Source of the DNA: an uncultured Candidatus Saccharibacteria bacterium
GTDB taxonomy: Bacteria; Patescibacteriota; Saccharimonadia; Saccharimonadales; UBA7683
NCBI GenBank assembly: GCA_964541305.1
Contig: CAZIPE010000004.1
Span: forward strand, 1-60,595
DNA: 60,595 nt
Reading direction: 5' to 3'
This document shows, in pieces, positions 50,547 to 60,053 of the stretch (position 1 is its first letter; the number at the start of each line of letters is the position of its first letter). The position numbers and the translations under genes were made by a program. Under the pieces are notes generated by a model, which saw only the letters and a list, made by a program, of their open reading frames with translations, had not been told where the DNA came from and ran no database searches.

Positions 50547-52424
50547 TCAGGATCCTTGGTTGGCAGCAATATTACCAACATTATTACCTTGAGTCATCAC
50601 CTGAAAAGCCTCTTGTGCACGCTCTGCTACCTCTTGCACCTTCTTAATTTCTTCTGGGTTGGTGGTGATAAGGCTCGTTTCGGTTGGGCTGGCAATAATC
50701 TGCATGTGAATGTGGTTTTGGCCTGCAAATAACAACCCTTGGCCAATTGGGAATTGGCTGAGTCGTTTGGTTTCCTCGCTCGTAAGCTTAAACACCGAAG
50801 AGAGTACATCAACCGCCGAGGTCGACTGTTTGAGAAGAATTTGCATAGAGGAGTTAGAGACAATTGCACGGCCAACAGGACTGCTCATCATATCTTCTAC
50901 ATCCTGACTGATAGTGGTAAGTCCCAGGTAGTATTTGCGGGCGCGTTTAGCCACCGAGAACATGAAATTGGCGGAGTCGGGGTACTTCAAAAGTTGCCAG
51001 GCCTCATCAATGATTAAATTACGTCGACGACGATCTGATTTTGTTCTGTTCCAAATGTGATTAAGCACAATATACATTGCTACGGGCCTTAATTCGTCTT
51101 CAAGATCACGGATATTGAAGACCACCATGCTGTTGTTAATCTCAACATTACTTTGTTGCGAGAATATGCCCGCAAAGGTACCAGTAGTATATTTTCTGAG
51201 CCGTTGGGCCATGCTTGGGCCAGTACCCTGCATGTGAAGCAGGGTCTCGTATAAGTCGCCGATAGTCGGAGGCGGAGTTTGGTGAGTAAGCGGGTCGCTG
51301 GTGATACCCGCCTTGGTATAGGTATCAATTAACGCCTGATCCAAATCAGCCTCTTCAACAGGGTTGAGCGCGCCCCCCATCATGAGTCGCATGAGACCAT
51401 GTAAGGTAATGAGTACCGACCGCAGGGCATTGGCAGACTCTTCTTTATCCGTAACTTGGGGTAGATCGAACGGATTTATACGAGTTGTTGAATCAAGACT
51501 CATGCGTATATAGCTTCCGCCAACCGCATCACACAGTCGCTCATATTCATTTTCGGGGTCAATAATAACAATTTCAGTTCCGAGCATCATCGAACGCACC
51601 GCCTCGAGTTTCACCGCGAATGATTTACCCGCACCAGATTTTGCAAAGACCACCATGTTAGCGTTCTCGAGAGTAAATCTATCAAACAGAACCAAACCAT
51701 TATTGTGCATATTAATACCGTAGAGTATGCCGTTTTCCTGCGTAAGATCGGCACTGGTGAACGGAAAGCTGGTGGCAAGAGCACCGGTGTTCATGTTGCG
51801 TCGTACCTGAAGTTGGTCGGTAAATTGTGGCACGGTCGAATTAAGCCCCTGCTCCATCTGTACAGTGGCTGGTTTTGAATAGACGAGCTGTTGACCAAGC
51901 ACGGTCTCAACTTTGTGTTGGATATATTCAAGCTCTTCTAGGCTCTGTGAATACAGAGTAATGTACAGACCAAAACGGAAAAACCGCTCTTCACCAATTT
52001 GTAAACTATCTCTTAGTGACTCGGCATCAATAATAGCTGCTTGTTTACCAGGGTCGCGCACCCGACCCTTCTCGGCATCTATCTGTAAGCCAGCTTCAAG
52101 TTGACTCACTTTTTTACGTAAATTTTCCAACACTACACGAGAAGCGACCGGGTAAATGAACATCGAAACATCCACCTCCTCATCCATATTAATGATTGAA
52201 GACAACCAACCTGTATAGAGTTGCCGTGGATATCCGTAGACGTAGTAAGCACGGGCGTAGCGAGTGCCTAGGCGATAATGACCAGATTCTATCTCTAAAC
52301 TACTTGGCGCAACAAAGTCGCGCATCTCGGAAATACCTTTGCGAAACGCCTCCTCGACTTCAATTTGCTCACGGACGCGTTGTTGTTGTGCCTGGGTAAG
52401 TGCGTTTGGCTTCTTTTTTGCCAT
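50547..52424 (-). CDS. virB4: VirB4/TrbE/PrgJ-type type IV secretion ATPase
   Basis: Walker A VFAKSGAGKSF, Walker B NLIIDEAWQLL, and the VirB4-type N-domain (YARAYYVYGYPRQLYTGWL). Confidence 0.9.
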   Translation of the reverse strand: MAKKKPNALTQAQQQRVREQIEVEEAFRKGISEMRDFVAPSSLEIESGHYRLGTRYARAYYVYGYPRQLYTGWLSSIINMDEEVDVSMFIYPVASRVVLENLRKKVSQLEAGLQIDAEKGRVRDPGKQAAIIDAESLRDSLQIGEERFFRFGLYITLYSQSLEELEYIQHKVETVLGQQLVYSKPATVQMEQGLNSTVPQFTDQLQVRRNMNTGALATSFPFTSADLTQENGILYGINMHNNGLVLFDRFTLENANMVVFAKSGAGKSFAVKLEAVRSMMLGTEIVIIDPENEYERLCDAVGGSYIRMSLDSTTRINPFDLPQVTDKEESANALRSVLITLHGLMRLMMGGALNPVEEADLDQALIDTYTKAGITSDPLTHQTPPPTIGDLYETLLHMQGTGPSMAQRLRKYTTGTFAGIFSQQSNVEINNSMVVFNIRDLEDELRPVAMYIVLNHIWNRTKSDRRRRNLIIDEAWQLLKYPDSANFMFSVAKRARKYYLGLTTISQDVEDMMSSPVGRAIVSNSSMQILLKQSTSAVDVLSSVFKLTSEETKRLSQFPIGQGLLFAGQNHIHMQIIASPTETSLITTNPEEIKKVQEVAERAQEAFQVMTQGNNVGNIAANQGS

Positions 52425-53278
52425 TATAGTACCCCACCATTCATTGTTGAACGCGGATTTTCACCTTGTCCCCTGGTGACCACCGGCACGGTTAGCTGAA
52501 CATTCTGCTTGAGAGTTTGCCGAGTAGCAGTGTCAGGGTTATAGGTGTTGTAGTAGAGTTCAATAAGTTCTTGGGTGTCTAGGGCCATAGACTGCACACC
52601 CATCTGTAGTAAGCCGCTCACCACACTTTGCACGCGGTTTTTGAGCTCTGTCTTAGCTTTTTCTAGACTCATTTCATCAATAGTCACCACACCCTTTTTA
52701 TTCCCAAACAACCCGCCAAATAACCCCTTACCTGCTTTCACGGCTTTGCCAGCATCTAACTCTGCAACATACGGTATAACAATATAAAACTCTTTGCTCA
52801 TGATGTTGGTTTGCTGGACAAGGTCGTCAATAAAGTAGATGTAATCTTCCATTAACATACCAAGGAGCATATTTTCCATTTCCATTCGCACCTTACCGAG
52901 TTTTTCAAGATATGGTTGCATATCTATCTTACGTGAGCGTACCAGAATCTGAATGTCAAAGTAGAGAGAGTTTAAGAACCCCATATACGCATATTCTACG
53001 GCATCTCTTTCTTGGGGGCTCATGAGGTCAAAGTTTATACTTCTTGCCATTACCACAGCGCGAAACGTACCATCTTTGAGGATGGCTATACCATCTCGAA
53101 TCGCTGCAATTTGAAGAGTGTTTTGGGTGCTGTTTTGGGTATTTTTTGCCCCCTTTTTGCCACCCTTTTGCGTGGCTACACGCTCCACTTTAGTGCCTGG
53201 TGCAGACTTTTTATTCGGGTCAGCCTGATAGTGTGGCTGTCGAGATTGGAGTTGTGTGGGGGGTTGATTTGGTTGCAT
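52424..53278 (-). CDS. T4SS-associated hypothetical protein (disordered Q/K-rich N-terminus; body resembles a VirB4 N-terminal-domain-like module without an ATPase)
   Basis: IAAIRDGIAILKDGTFRAVVMARSINFDLMSPQERDAVEYAYMGFLNSL resembles, from memory, the start of Gram-positive VirB4 N-domains. No Walker motifs. Its stop abuts the virB4 start. Confidence 0.45.
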   Translation of the reverse strand: MQPNQPPTQLQSRQPHYQADPNKKSAPGTKVERVATQKGGKKGAKNTQNSTQNTLQIAAIRDGIAILKDGTFRAVVMARSINFDLMSPQERDAVEYAYMGFLNSLYFDIQILVRSRKIDMQPYLEKLGKVRMEMENMLLGMLMEDYIYFIDDLVQQTNIMSKEFYIVIPYVAELDAGKAVKAGKGLFGGLFGNKKGVVTIDEMSLEKAKTELKNRVQSVVSGLLQMGVQSMALDTQELIELYYNTYNPDTATRQTLKQNVQLTVPVVTRGQGENPRSTMNGGVL

Positions 53279-53377
53279 GTATATAAATATCTATCTAACT
53301 TCGACTTAAGCTACTTCTTATGCTTTAAATTATGTCACATCAAGAGGAAAATATGAAGTCCTGGATGGTGTTGATGC

Positions 53378-54304
53378 TTAGTGTAGTTTTATCTCTATGG
53401 ACCCGTCGTCATTTTTGTGCGGAACGTCTGCTAAATCTGATTTTATTGGGTTACCCTCATTGTCTTCAGTACTTACACTAGGTGATTCATTGTCGGGCAC
53501 ATCATCATCTGCCGACGCAATAGGACTTGCTGGTGGCTGTGTAATTATAGGTGTAACTTGTGGTGCTGTGTCTTCGAGACGATGAACAGGAAGTGGTTGT
53601 GGATTAGGGTGACTTAATTCTAAGGGTTGATCTCTTTTCTGCGCTACATTTACTGCATGTTGTCGCATCGAGGTATCGGCAATGTTTAGCCGGGCATCAA
53701 ATTTTTGATTAATAGTGTTTCTTTCGTCATAGGGATCGCTCGGCTGCGTGTACACATCAATACTTGCTGGCTGACTTTGAGCTATGTCATGAACAGCTAT
53801 AAGCCTATCAGAATCTGTTGCATAATGTGCGAACTGTGGATTCTGCCAGTCGTAGGGCTGCTTGCTTGCCCAGCCGCGCGAGTCCATCATCAGCGAAAGT
53901 CCGCTCAATCTGCTTACTGCCTCATCACCACTGAAATCTTTTGTAAGATGCTTTTCGACCACTGGCGGTGCGGTAATCTTTACGCGCTCCTCGTACCCTT
54001 CTTGACCCCAAATTCGTACACGAGGCTTAAAGTAGTAGCCAATTGCCGAAGCTAAATATACCTCAACCGGCTGATCTTTCCGTTGATATAGACCAAGTAC
54101 TAAAAACATAAGAGTAAACGGTAGCCACAGAAGCGCAGATACAGGATGTACTTTTGTGAAGAAGAAATAGGTAAGATATCCAAATGCAAGTCCAACAATA
54201 GTAAAGATAAGTTGCTTCAAGCTTAAAAAGCCAACAATCTTGTCTTCTGCTTCTACATCCTGAGGTACTTTATGCGTTGCCATTTTATTTGAAAGATCTC
54301 CCAA
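53378..54304 (-). CDS. PrgI-family (VirB3-like) T4SS membrane protein with a long Pro/Asp-rich C-terminal tail
   Basis: HKVPQDVEAEDKIVGFLSLKQLIFTIVGLAFGY followed by two TM helices is the PrgI-family signature. The start may be at M8 (54283). Confidence 0.7.
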   Translation of the reverse strand: MGDLSNKMATHKVPQDVEAEDKIVGFLSLKQLIFTIVGLAFGYLTYFFFTKVHPVSALLWLPFTLMFLVLGLYQRKDQPVEVYLASAIGYYFKPRVRIWGQEGYEERVKITAPPVVEKHLTKDFSGDEAVSRLSGLSLMMDSRGWASKQPYDWQNPQFAHYATDSDRLIAVHDIAQSQPASIDVYTQPSDPYDERNTINQKFDARLNIADTSMRQHAVNVAQKRDQPLELSHPNPQPLPVHRLEDTAPQVTPIITQPPASPIASADDDVPDNESPSVSTEDNEGNPIKSDLADVPHKNDDGSIEIKLH

Positions 54305-54310
54305 TTAATT

Positions 54311-57300
54311 TTATAGTGTAATGCCGTTTCTGGTAGCGTAGTCCTCGATTATCTTCTGTGCAGCTTGAAGTTTGGGTGCAGTGGTTCGTGCTTTCTCTGG
54401 CGAGAGTCCATTTATCTTAGCCTGCAGTCCAGCATGTGCACCTCTAAGTTCATGCTCAGTTCTTGGGGAGCCAGTTGCATTAAGCCAGGGAGTAACCTTG
54501 TCGTTACCAGCCTCAGCGCTTAGTACAGTTTGTCCAACTGTACTACCCGCTAAAGTAGCGGTTGCTTGTTCGGTTGATGTATTAAAATAACTTGCTGCAT
54601 CACTCGGCATAGACCCACTAAGTACGGGATTACTAAGAACATTCCCAACGCTTGCTTGTGATGCAGCGGGAGCAACCTGATTGAATTTCTGCCAGCCTTC
54701 CACCTTCATGCTGGCTTTGTTTTGTTCTGTAGCCCCCAAGAATGCCTGAGCATATTTGGCCTCCATGGTTGCGTCAGTGTCAGATGCTGTTACGTCAGTT
54801 GCAAGGTGCGGCGATATAGCCTTCATTTCAGAGAAGTTTTTACCCATTGCATCGTTCCATGTCTTGAGGCTATTAGGTTTACCAGCCTTACCTTCTTTGA
54901 GCATTTGTTTTTGCACTTTCTCTAATCCATTAACGTCCTTATATTGGGTCATTAAGGCTATTGCTGCTGAGCGTTGAGCATCGGAATAGTTTCCTGCACC
55001 AGCAACACCACTCTCATCTTTATTCAACGCGACTTCAGATAGCTTATCCTTTGCTTGGGTGATATCCATTCCACGCACAGATTCTGCAAGACCCTGAACT
55101 TGTTGTTTATGGATTGCTTCTTCAGTTTGTCCAAGCATCGATGCACGGACAGACTCAGAACGTTGACGATTTTTAGACCCAATTCCCTTCATACCAAAGG
55201 CCTGGTGTCTTCTATATTGTGCTCGCCTACCATCGCCCTGCAAGCTTTCGAATAATTCCTGTTGACCTTTCTGCTCTTTTCCTGCCGCTTTAAGCTTCTT
55301 TCTGCGACCATATTGAGAAGAATTGTCCCGGTAATTCTTACTCCTATCAATCAAGCCCTTCGATCGGTCATTAATCATACCTGTAATATTGCCCAGTGCC
55401 CCACCAGCCGCTTTAAAGAGGGTCGGAATTAAGAAGTAAGGTAGAACTATGGCTACGAATGCCATTGCAGAAGTCATTAGTCCCAGTCCAGTCGATGGAC
55501 CAGTTTTTGTTATAAGCCAGGACACAAAGATTCCAGAAGCAAATGCCGCCATAATCATCGGGTACATTAAAAGCATTTGTATGAATAGCTTCCACCATCT
55601 TTGGAACCACTTTTCACCACCCGGTAATGCCCAAAGGACAAAGGCGATTGGAGCAAAAACAATTAACATTATTATTAGAATACGCCTTAATAGTAATACG
55701 GTTAGGGCAACTATTGCGGCAACAAATACAATTGCCATAACAGGTAGCAGTATCGCTCCACCACTGGCTATTGCAAGATAGACGAGCGTTCCGAGTCCTG
55801 CCACTACTGCGGTTTGAAATGCACCAGAACCATCCGCGTTAATTGCATCTGTAAAAGCAATTGTTGCTGCCTCACCCTCACCCACCACCTTTATGCCTCC
55901 GCCCGCATTCCCGGCGCTGGTTATAGGCGCTAATATAATTTCCTTCGCCGCTCCACCAAGAGTATTTGTTATTGATATGAGGTTAGCACATATTGAAAAT
56001 GAAAGATTAGCTAAAATAAGGGCAATAATCACTCGAGGCAGCAGCTTCTTAACAGTGTAATTACTGAAAATTCCAAGATCTAATGCCGTAGATATGATTA
56101 CGATAAGAAATGCAACGATAAACAGTATATTGGCGGTTGTGAGTAGGCCACTCCAAACCTCTTTTAGTGCTGACTGTCCATCTCCTTCGGTTGGATTAAA
56201 TTCTAACAATGACTCTATCCCCTTGTTTACGCGGTCTATTGCATCTGCAAGTAGTTGACTAAGACCACACACAATCCATTTAATAGGGTTCTTTGGGACT
56301 AACCCAAATAGAGTTTTTCCACCGTCATAGCATTTTTCCCCACCAGGGTCATCATCAAGATTTTCCTCATCGTCTTCGGCGGTGCTTGGAGGAGCCTCTT
56401 CGTCTAGGGCGGTTTCTAAGTCTTCACCATATGCATTAAATAAACACTCTTTTATGGCTGCAGTCTGTTCTGCGGTAGTGTATCCCTCTGGCTGACCGTT
56501 ATAGGGAGGGTAGTATATCTGCGTGTCACCATCTACTAGCCATTTTGCAATAATTTTCATCAGGTCTACCATAGGTATTCTGGCCATTGCTGGGTTATTT
56601 GCTGCGACACAGGCTAGGAGCTTGTCGGTACCTTCAGCTAAGAACATCCCGAGTACGTTTTGATATTTTTCTTCATCGCTTAGGTCATCATATTCATCAT
56701 CTATATTAAAGTCCAAAAGACGGTTACTGAGGACAGCATCCTTTAGCTCGTCGCAGTTCATAACCCCGTCTTCGTAGTTGGGCCTATCTTTCCCATACAG
56801 TGTTTCAACAAGGAATCCCACATTGTTGCTGTCGTCTCTCCCGTCCTTAGGCACCCACAACTCTTCGTTGTACTGATTGCTCTCATCTCGCTCTTCTGGG
56901 TTCGCAGGGTCGTTCCACTCCCACTTCCAGCACTGGTTGAATTTTGTAAGCAGGATGTCTTTTGCGTATGCTATGTACCACTCTTCAGCTCCATCGTTAA
57001 GAGCTGCGGCATATGCAGCCATATCGTTTCGTAGTTTGTTCCGCGCGATTAATCTAGCTGCTGAATCTATACCCGGGCACTGAATATCCCCCTCACTAAT
57101 GCAGTCTTTAAGGTAATACTTTCCACCCCGTAATGTTGTATCGTAGAATGAATTAAGGAAAGCAATGCGACCAGAGTTTCCTGTACCATATTTAGACTCG
57201 ACGTAGCGTTTAATTACGGTTTCACAACGCAGTGTCTCATCCCTGCCATCTCCCAAATTAATGTCTGTCTTGGCGCTCACTGCGAAAGACTTATCACCAG

Positions 57301-57640
57301 AAAAACCGTAGAAGCTAGATGAACTATAATCAGATGCCGATATAGATGTTGGAATACCAAGCCACTCTAGCCCGCTTTGGGTGTCGCTAGTACCTTCAAT
57401 GCACGAACCGGCATTAGAGCCATCTGGGTCTTTAGTAAAACCACCCCTTATTGCGTCGTATAGCGCAATTTCTTTATTGCTAGGAGTCGCTGCAAGCGCA
57501 CTCTGCATGTAGAGTGGACTCACCAGGCTCAAGATGAGCGCAGTGAAGAATATTGCACAGAATAGTGATGGTACCCGTTTAATTTTTTTCAGTGATAATG
57601 TTCTAAATATCCACATAATGTTAATCAAATGTAATTTCAT
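54311..57640 (-). CDS. VirB6/TrbL/PrgH-like polytopic T4SS channel protein (1109 aa) with a Cys-rich ectodomain and a ~350-aa hydrophilic C-terminal tail
   Basis: Signal/anchor sequence, a ~450-aa Cys-containing extracytoplasmic domain, about 6-7 TM segments including VFAPIAFVLWALPGGEKWFQRWWKLF (TrbL-like), then a long polar tail. Confidence 0.6.
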   Translation of the reverse strand: MKLHLINIMWIFRTLSLKKIKRVPSLFCAIFFTALILSLVSPLYMQSALAATPSNKEIALYDAIRGGFTKDPDGSNAGSCIEGTSDTQSGLEWLGIPTSISASDYSSSSFYGFSGDKSFAVSAKTDINLGDGRDETLRCETVIKRYVESKYGTGNSGRIAFLNSFYDTTLRGGKYYLKDCISEGDIQCPGIDSAARLIARNKLRNDMAAYAAALNDGAEEWYIAYAKDILLTKFNQCWKWEWNDPANPEERDESNQYNEELWVPKDGRDDSNNVGFLVETLYGKDRPNYEDGVMNCDELKDAVLSNRLLDFNIDDEYDDLSDEEKYQNVLGMFLAEGTDKLLACVAANNPAMARIPMVDLMKIIAKWLVDGDTQIYYPPYNGQPEGYTTAEQTAAIKECLFNAYGEDLETALDEEAPPSTAEDDEENLDDDPGGEKCYDGGKTLFGLVPKNPIKWIVCGLSQLLADAIDRVNKGIESLLEFNPTEGDGQSALKEVWSGLLTTANILFIVAFLIVIISTALDLGIFSNYTVKKLLPRVIIALILANLSFSICANLISITNTLGGAAKEIILAPITSAGNAGGGIKVVGEGEAATIAFTDAINADGSGAFQTAVVAGLGTLVYLAIASGGAILLPVMAIVFVAAIVALTVLLLRRILIIMLIVFAPIAFVLWALPGGEKWFQRWWKLFIQMLLMYPMIMAAFASGIFVSWLITKTGPSTGLGLMTSAMAFVAIVLPYFLIPTLFKAAGGALGNITGMINDRSKGLIDRSKNYRDNSSQYGRRKKLKAAGKEQKGQQELFESLQGDGRRAQYRRHQAFGMKGIGSKNRQRSESVRASMLGQTEEAIHKQQVQGLAESVRGMDITQAKDKLSEVALNKDESGVAGAGNYSDAQRSAAIALMTQYKDVNGLEKVQKQMLKEGKAGKPNSLKTWNDAMGKNFSEMKAISPHLATDVTASDTDATMEAKYAQAFLGATEQNKASMKVEGWQKFNQVAPAASQASVGNVLSNPVLSGSMPSDAASYFNTSTEQATATLAGSTVGQTVLSAEAGNDKVTPWLNATGSPRTEHELRGAHAGLQAKINGLSPEKARTTAPKLQAAQKIIEDYATRNGITL

Positions 57641-58163
57641 TTAGTTTGAAAGACTTCACTATCTCCGGCGCGTATTTTGATAGCGTTGAATCGCGGTCGT
57701 AGGAAAAACGTATTTGCCATATGTATTTTCCGCCATCTACATAGTATTCATCGGTATTCCCACCTTCGGTCGAAGTTTTAAGTGCCTTTTTGTTGTCAAT
57801 TGTTACTCTAGAAACGATAGTGACTTTTGAAGTGGCAATTTCTTTTTCTAGTGTATCTAAGCCAACGGTTGACGACTTCTGGATAGCCTTAGTAATCTCG
57901 ACTTTATCTGCTGACTTAGGATCAGTACTCTGAAATACAGCACCACTTGCCTGTCGCTTACCCGAGAAAGTCGCAGGGTGCTTAAGAGAAAACTCTTCAG
58001 TCTTAAAGTCTAAGTACTTTGTTCTGTCCAATAGTCCAGGACCACCACCAATAGAGCTCACGATGCTCACTATAATAAATAATAGTACAATGCACCCAAC
58101 AACAATAAGTATTTTTTTTCTCATATTCCCCTGATTGGCCCCGAAGGTTGACGATGGATACAT
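57621..58163 (-). CDS. Bitopic membrane protein; first gene of the T4SS-like operon (VirB8/PrgL-topology candidate)
   Basis: Short N-terminus, one TM (ILIVVGCIVLLFIIVSIVSSI), then a ~135-aa alpha/beta ectodomain. The start may be ATG 58124. Confidence 0.5.
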   Translation of the reverse strand: MYPSSTFGANQGNMRKKILIVVGCIVLLFIIVSIVSSIGGGPGLLDRTKYLDFKTEEFSLKHPATFSGKRQASGAVFQSTDPKSADKVEITKAIQKSSTVGLDTLEKEIATSKVTIVSRVTIDNKKALKTSTEGGNTDEYYVDGGKYIWQIRFSYDRDSTLSKYAPEIVKSFKLNEITFD

Positions 58164-58330
58164 AAAACTAAAGAATCTCTCCTGTGTAGATAATGTTTAT
58201 ATAATACCAATAAGCATGAACATATTCTATAACGTAATTTATGAACTCGTTTATACCCAAAAAACAAAAAAACACCTTCGTTGCAATAAAGGCCTTGATT
58301 ATGATGTTAATTTGAGTGACTATATAAAAC

Positions 58331-58840
58331 GTGATGAATAAAAAACACGCGATACCCATACTAGTTATTGCGCTACCATTGCTTCTGATATTGTCAAATT
58401 TTATGGAGGTTCGTGCTGATCCGCAATTTACAGAAGTAACCTGTGCAGATGGCTTTGTGGCTCAGGTTGAAAAGGATGACCCTATACTTGACGCAGAAGA
58501 TTTTATTGCAGCATGTGGCAGTCATGGGTACAATGAATCTGACACCCCTCCCACTCCGCCTACCTCTAATACTATCGAAGAAACAGAAGATGTGGGGGGC
58601 ACTGGATCAAGCGAGCTTGACTCGTTGCTAAATAAAGTAATAAATGGGCTTTCGGCCCTTGTTGGTTTGGTTATAGTTATCAGCCTAATTGGCGCGGGTA
58701 TACAGTATATGACCGCTCGAGATAATGCTTCACAAGTCGCTGCCGCTAAAGGAAGAATAGTGATGACGATACTGGCATTTGTATTGTTCATGATGGGCTA
58801 TGCACTACTGCAGTGGTTAATTCCGGGTGGAGTCTTCTAG
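58331..58840 (+). CDS. VirB2/TrbC-like T4SS pilin paralogue 1
   Basis: Signal peptide, a two-Cys head (VTCADG...AACGSHG), a Pro/Thr linker, then a hydrophobic hairpin GAGIQYMTARDNASQVAAAKGRIVMTILAFVLF. Confidence 0.65.
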   Translation: MMNKKHAIPILVIALPLLLILSNFMEVRADPQFTEVTCADGFVAQVEKDDPILDAEDFIAACGSHGYNESDTPPTPPTSNTIEETEDVGGTGSSELDSLLNKVINGLSALVGLVIVISLIGAGIQYMTARDNASQVAAAKGRIVMTILAFVLFMMGYALLQWLIPGGVF

Positions 58841-58926
58841 TTACTTGTTCGATTGTATACAAAGCGGTATTATCGTGTAGAGGCGAATGATTCATGACGA
58901 GTAACTTATGAAAGCAAAAAACTAGC

Positions 58927-59361
58927 ATGATTAAAAAAATAAAAGCAGCTGCCATTAGTCTTGTGCTTGTCGCAGGTTTTTTTGCTGGTGGAGCGACGGC
59001 TTTCGCAAAATGTGAGCCAGGAAAGGGCAGCTTACCTCCCGCAGTTTTTGTCCCTTGGTATGAATATCTTGAGGGTGAAGATGTGGGTGGTAAATGTAAG
59101 CCCGTTCTCGGCGATGACTATGTAAAATCAGTCAGCCTTATTGGTCTTGCAGTCATAGGCACGCTCATGAGAATTTCCGGTATCCTTGCAACGGCGTATT
59201 TAATCTGGGGTGCAATCCAGTACATTACGAGTCAGGGTGATCAGAACGGAATTGCGAATGCTAAAAATACCATCTTGAATGCAATTGTCGGGCTTGTGAT
59301 AGTTCTGTTATCGATTGGTATAGTTCAGTTCGTCGGGAATCTTGCAAGGAGTTCGCCATGA
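58927..59361 (+). CDS. VirB2/TrbC-like T4SS pilin paralogue 2
   Basis: Signal peptide, a two-Cys head (AKCEPGKG...GGKCKPV), and the hairpin WGAIQYITSQGDQNGIANAKNTILNAIVGLVIV. Confidence 0.65.
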   Translation: MIKKIKAAAISLVLVAGFFAGGATAFAKCEPGKGSLPPAVFVPWYEYLEGEDVGGKCKPVLGDDYVKSVSLIGLAVIGTLMRISGILATAYLIWGAIQYITSQGDQNGIANAKNTILNAIVGLVIVLLSIGIVQFVGNLARSSP

Positions 59362-59636
59362 TTGAGTCAGCTAGTATAGTAATGAGTATTTTGGGCGGCT
59401 TGCCAAAAGTTGATTTTACCGCAACAGTTACCAACGTATTTCAGGTGGTGTTTGGCATAATTGGTATTCTTAGTGTTTTGTTTGTTGCCTTCGGAGGTTT
59501 TAAATATGTTATTTCAGCAGGTAATCCTGAAGGTATTCGACAGGCAAAAGACACGATCCTCTACGCATTAATTGGCTTGGCGATTGGTATATCTGCGAAT
59601 ATCATCATTGCCTTTACGCTTGGGCGGCTTGGATGA
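59358..59636 (+). CDS. VirB2/TrbC-like T4SS pilin paralogue 3 (minimal, no Cys head)
   Basis: The 92-aa protein has the hairpin FGGFKYVISAGNPEGIRQAKDTILYALIGLAIG. Its start overlaps the upstream stop. Confidence 0.6.
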   Translation: MIESASIVMSILGGLPKVDFTATVTNVFQVVFGIIGILSVLFVAFGGFKYVISAGNPEGIRQAKDTILYALIGLAIGISANIIIAFTLGRLG

Positions 59637-60016
59637 AAAAAGTTATTCTAAGTATTTTTGTAATGACTTCCCTTGTCTTTGCTGTGGCGGTGCCAGTTTC
59701 TGCTTACGACCCCTTTGAGGAGCCGTGTTCGGCTGGGGGCAGTAGTGATTTTTGCAAAAGTGCCACTCAACAAGCGAGCGAAGATCGCATCGTCGGACCA
59801 AACGGTATTTTGACGAAAATAACCCAGTTCGTAGTGTTTCTAGCGGGCGGTTTTGCGGTAATTATGGTTACACTGGGCGGTGCTAAATATACTTTTTCAG
59901 CAGGAGACCCAAACGCTATAAAGTCTGCCAAAGACACAATCCTCTACGCCCTCGTTGGCCTGGTCGTTGCAATATTCTCGCAGGCGATGGTTGTATTTGT
60001 GCTTTCAAAGCTATAA
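59633..60016 (+). CDS. VirB2/TrbC-like T4SS pilin paralogue 4
   Basis: Signal peptide, a two-Cys head (EPCSAGGSSDFCKS), and the hairpin LGGAKYTFSAGDPNAIKSAKDTILYALVGLVVA. Confidence 0.65.
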   Translation: MKKVILSIFVMTSLVFAVAVPVSAYDPFEEPCSAGGSSDFCKSATQQASEDRIVGPNGILTKITQFVVFLAGGFAVIMVTLGGAKYTFSAGDPNAIKSAKDTILYALVGLVVAIFSQAMVVFVLSKL

Positions 60017-60053
60017 AGTGAAACTAAATCATTAGCAGAAAGGTATAGATATT

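Noticed and set aside
58164-58330. Divergent promoter pair between the T4SS operon and the pilin array
   Set aside because: The AT-rich spacer almost certainly contains promoters. I could not find a -35/-10 pair with acceptable spacing on either strand, so no coordinates are claimed. The palindromes TTGTATACAA (58853..58862) and AGTGATCACT (40973..40982) were noted but are short enough to be chance.
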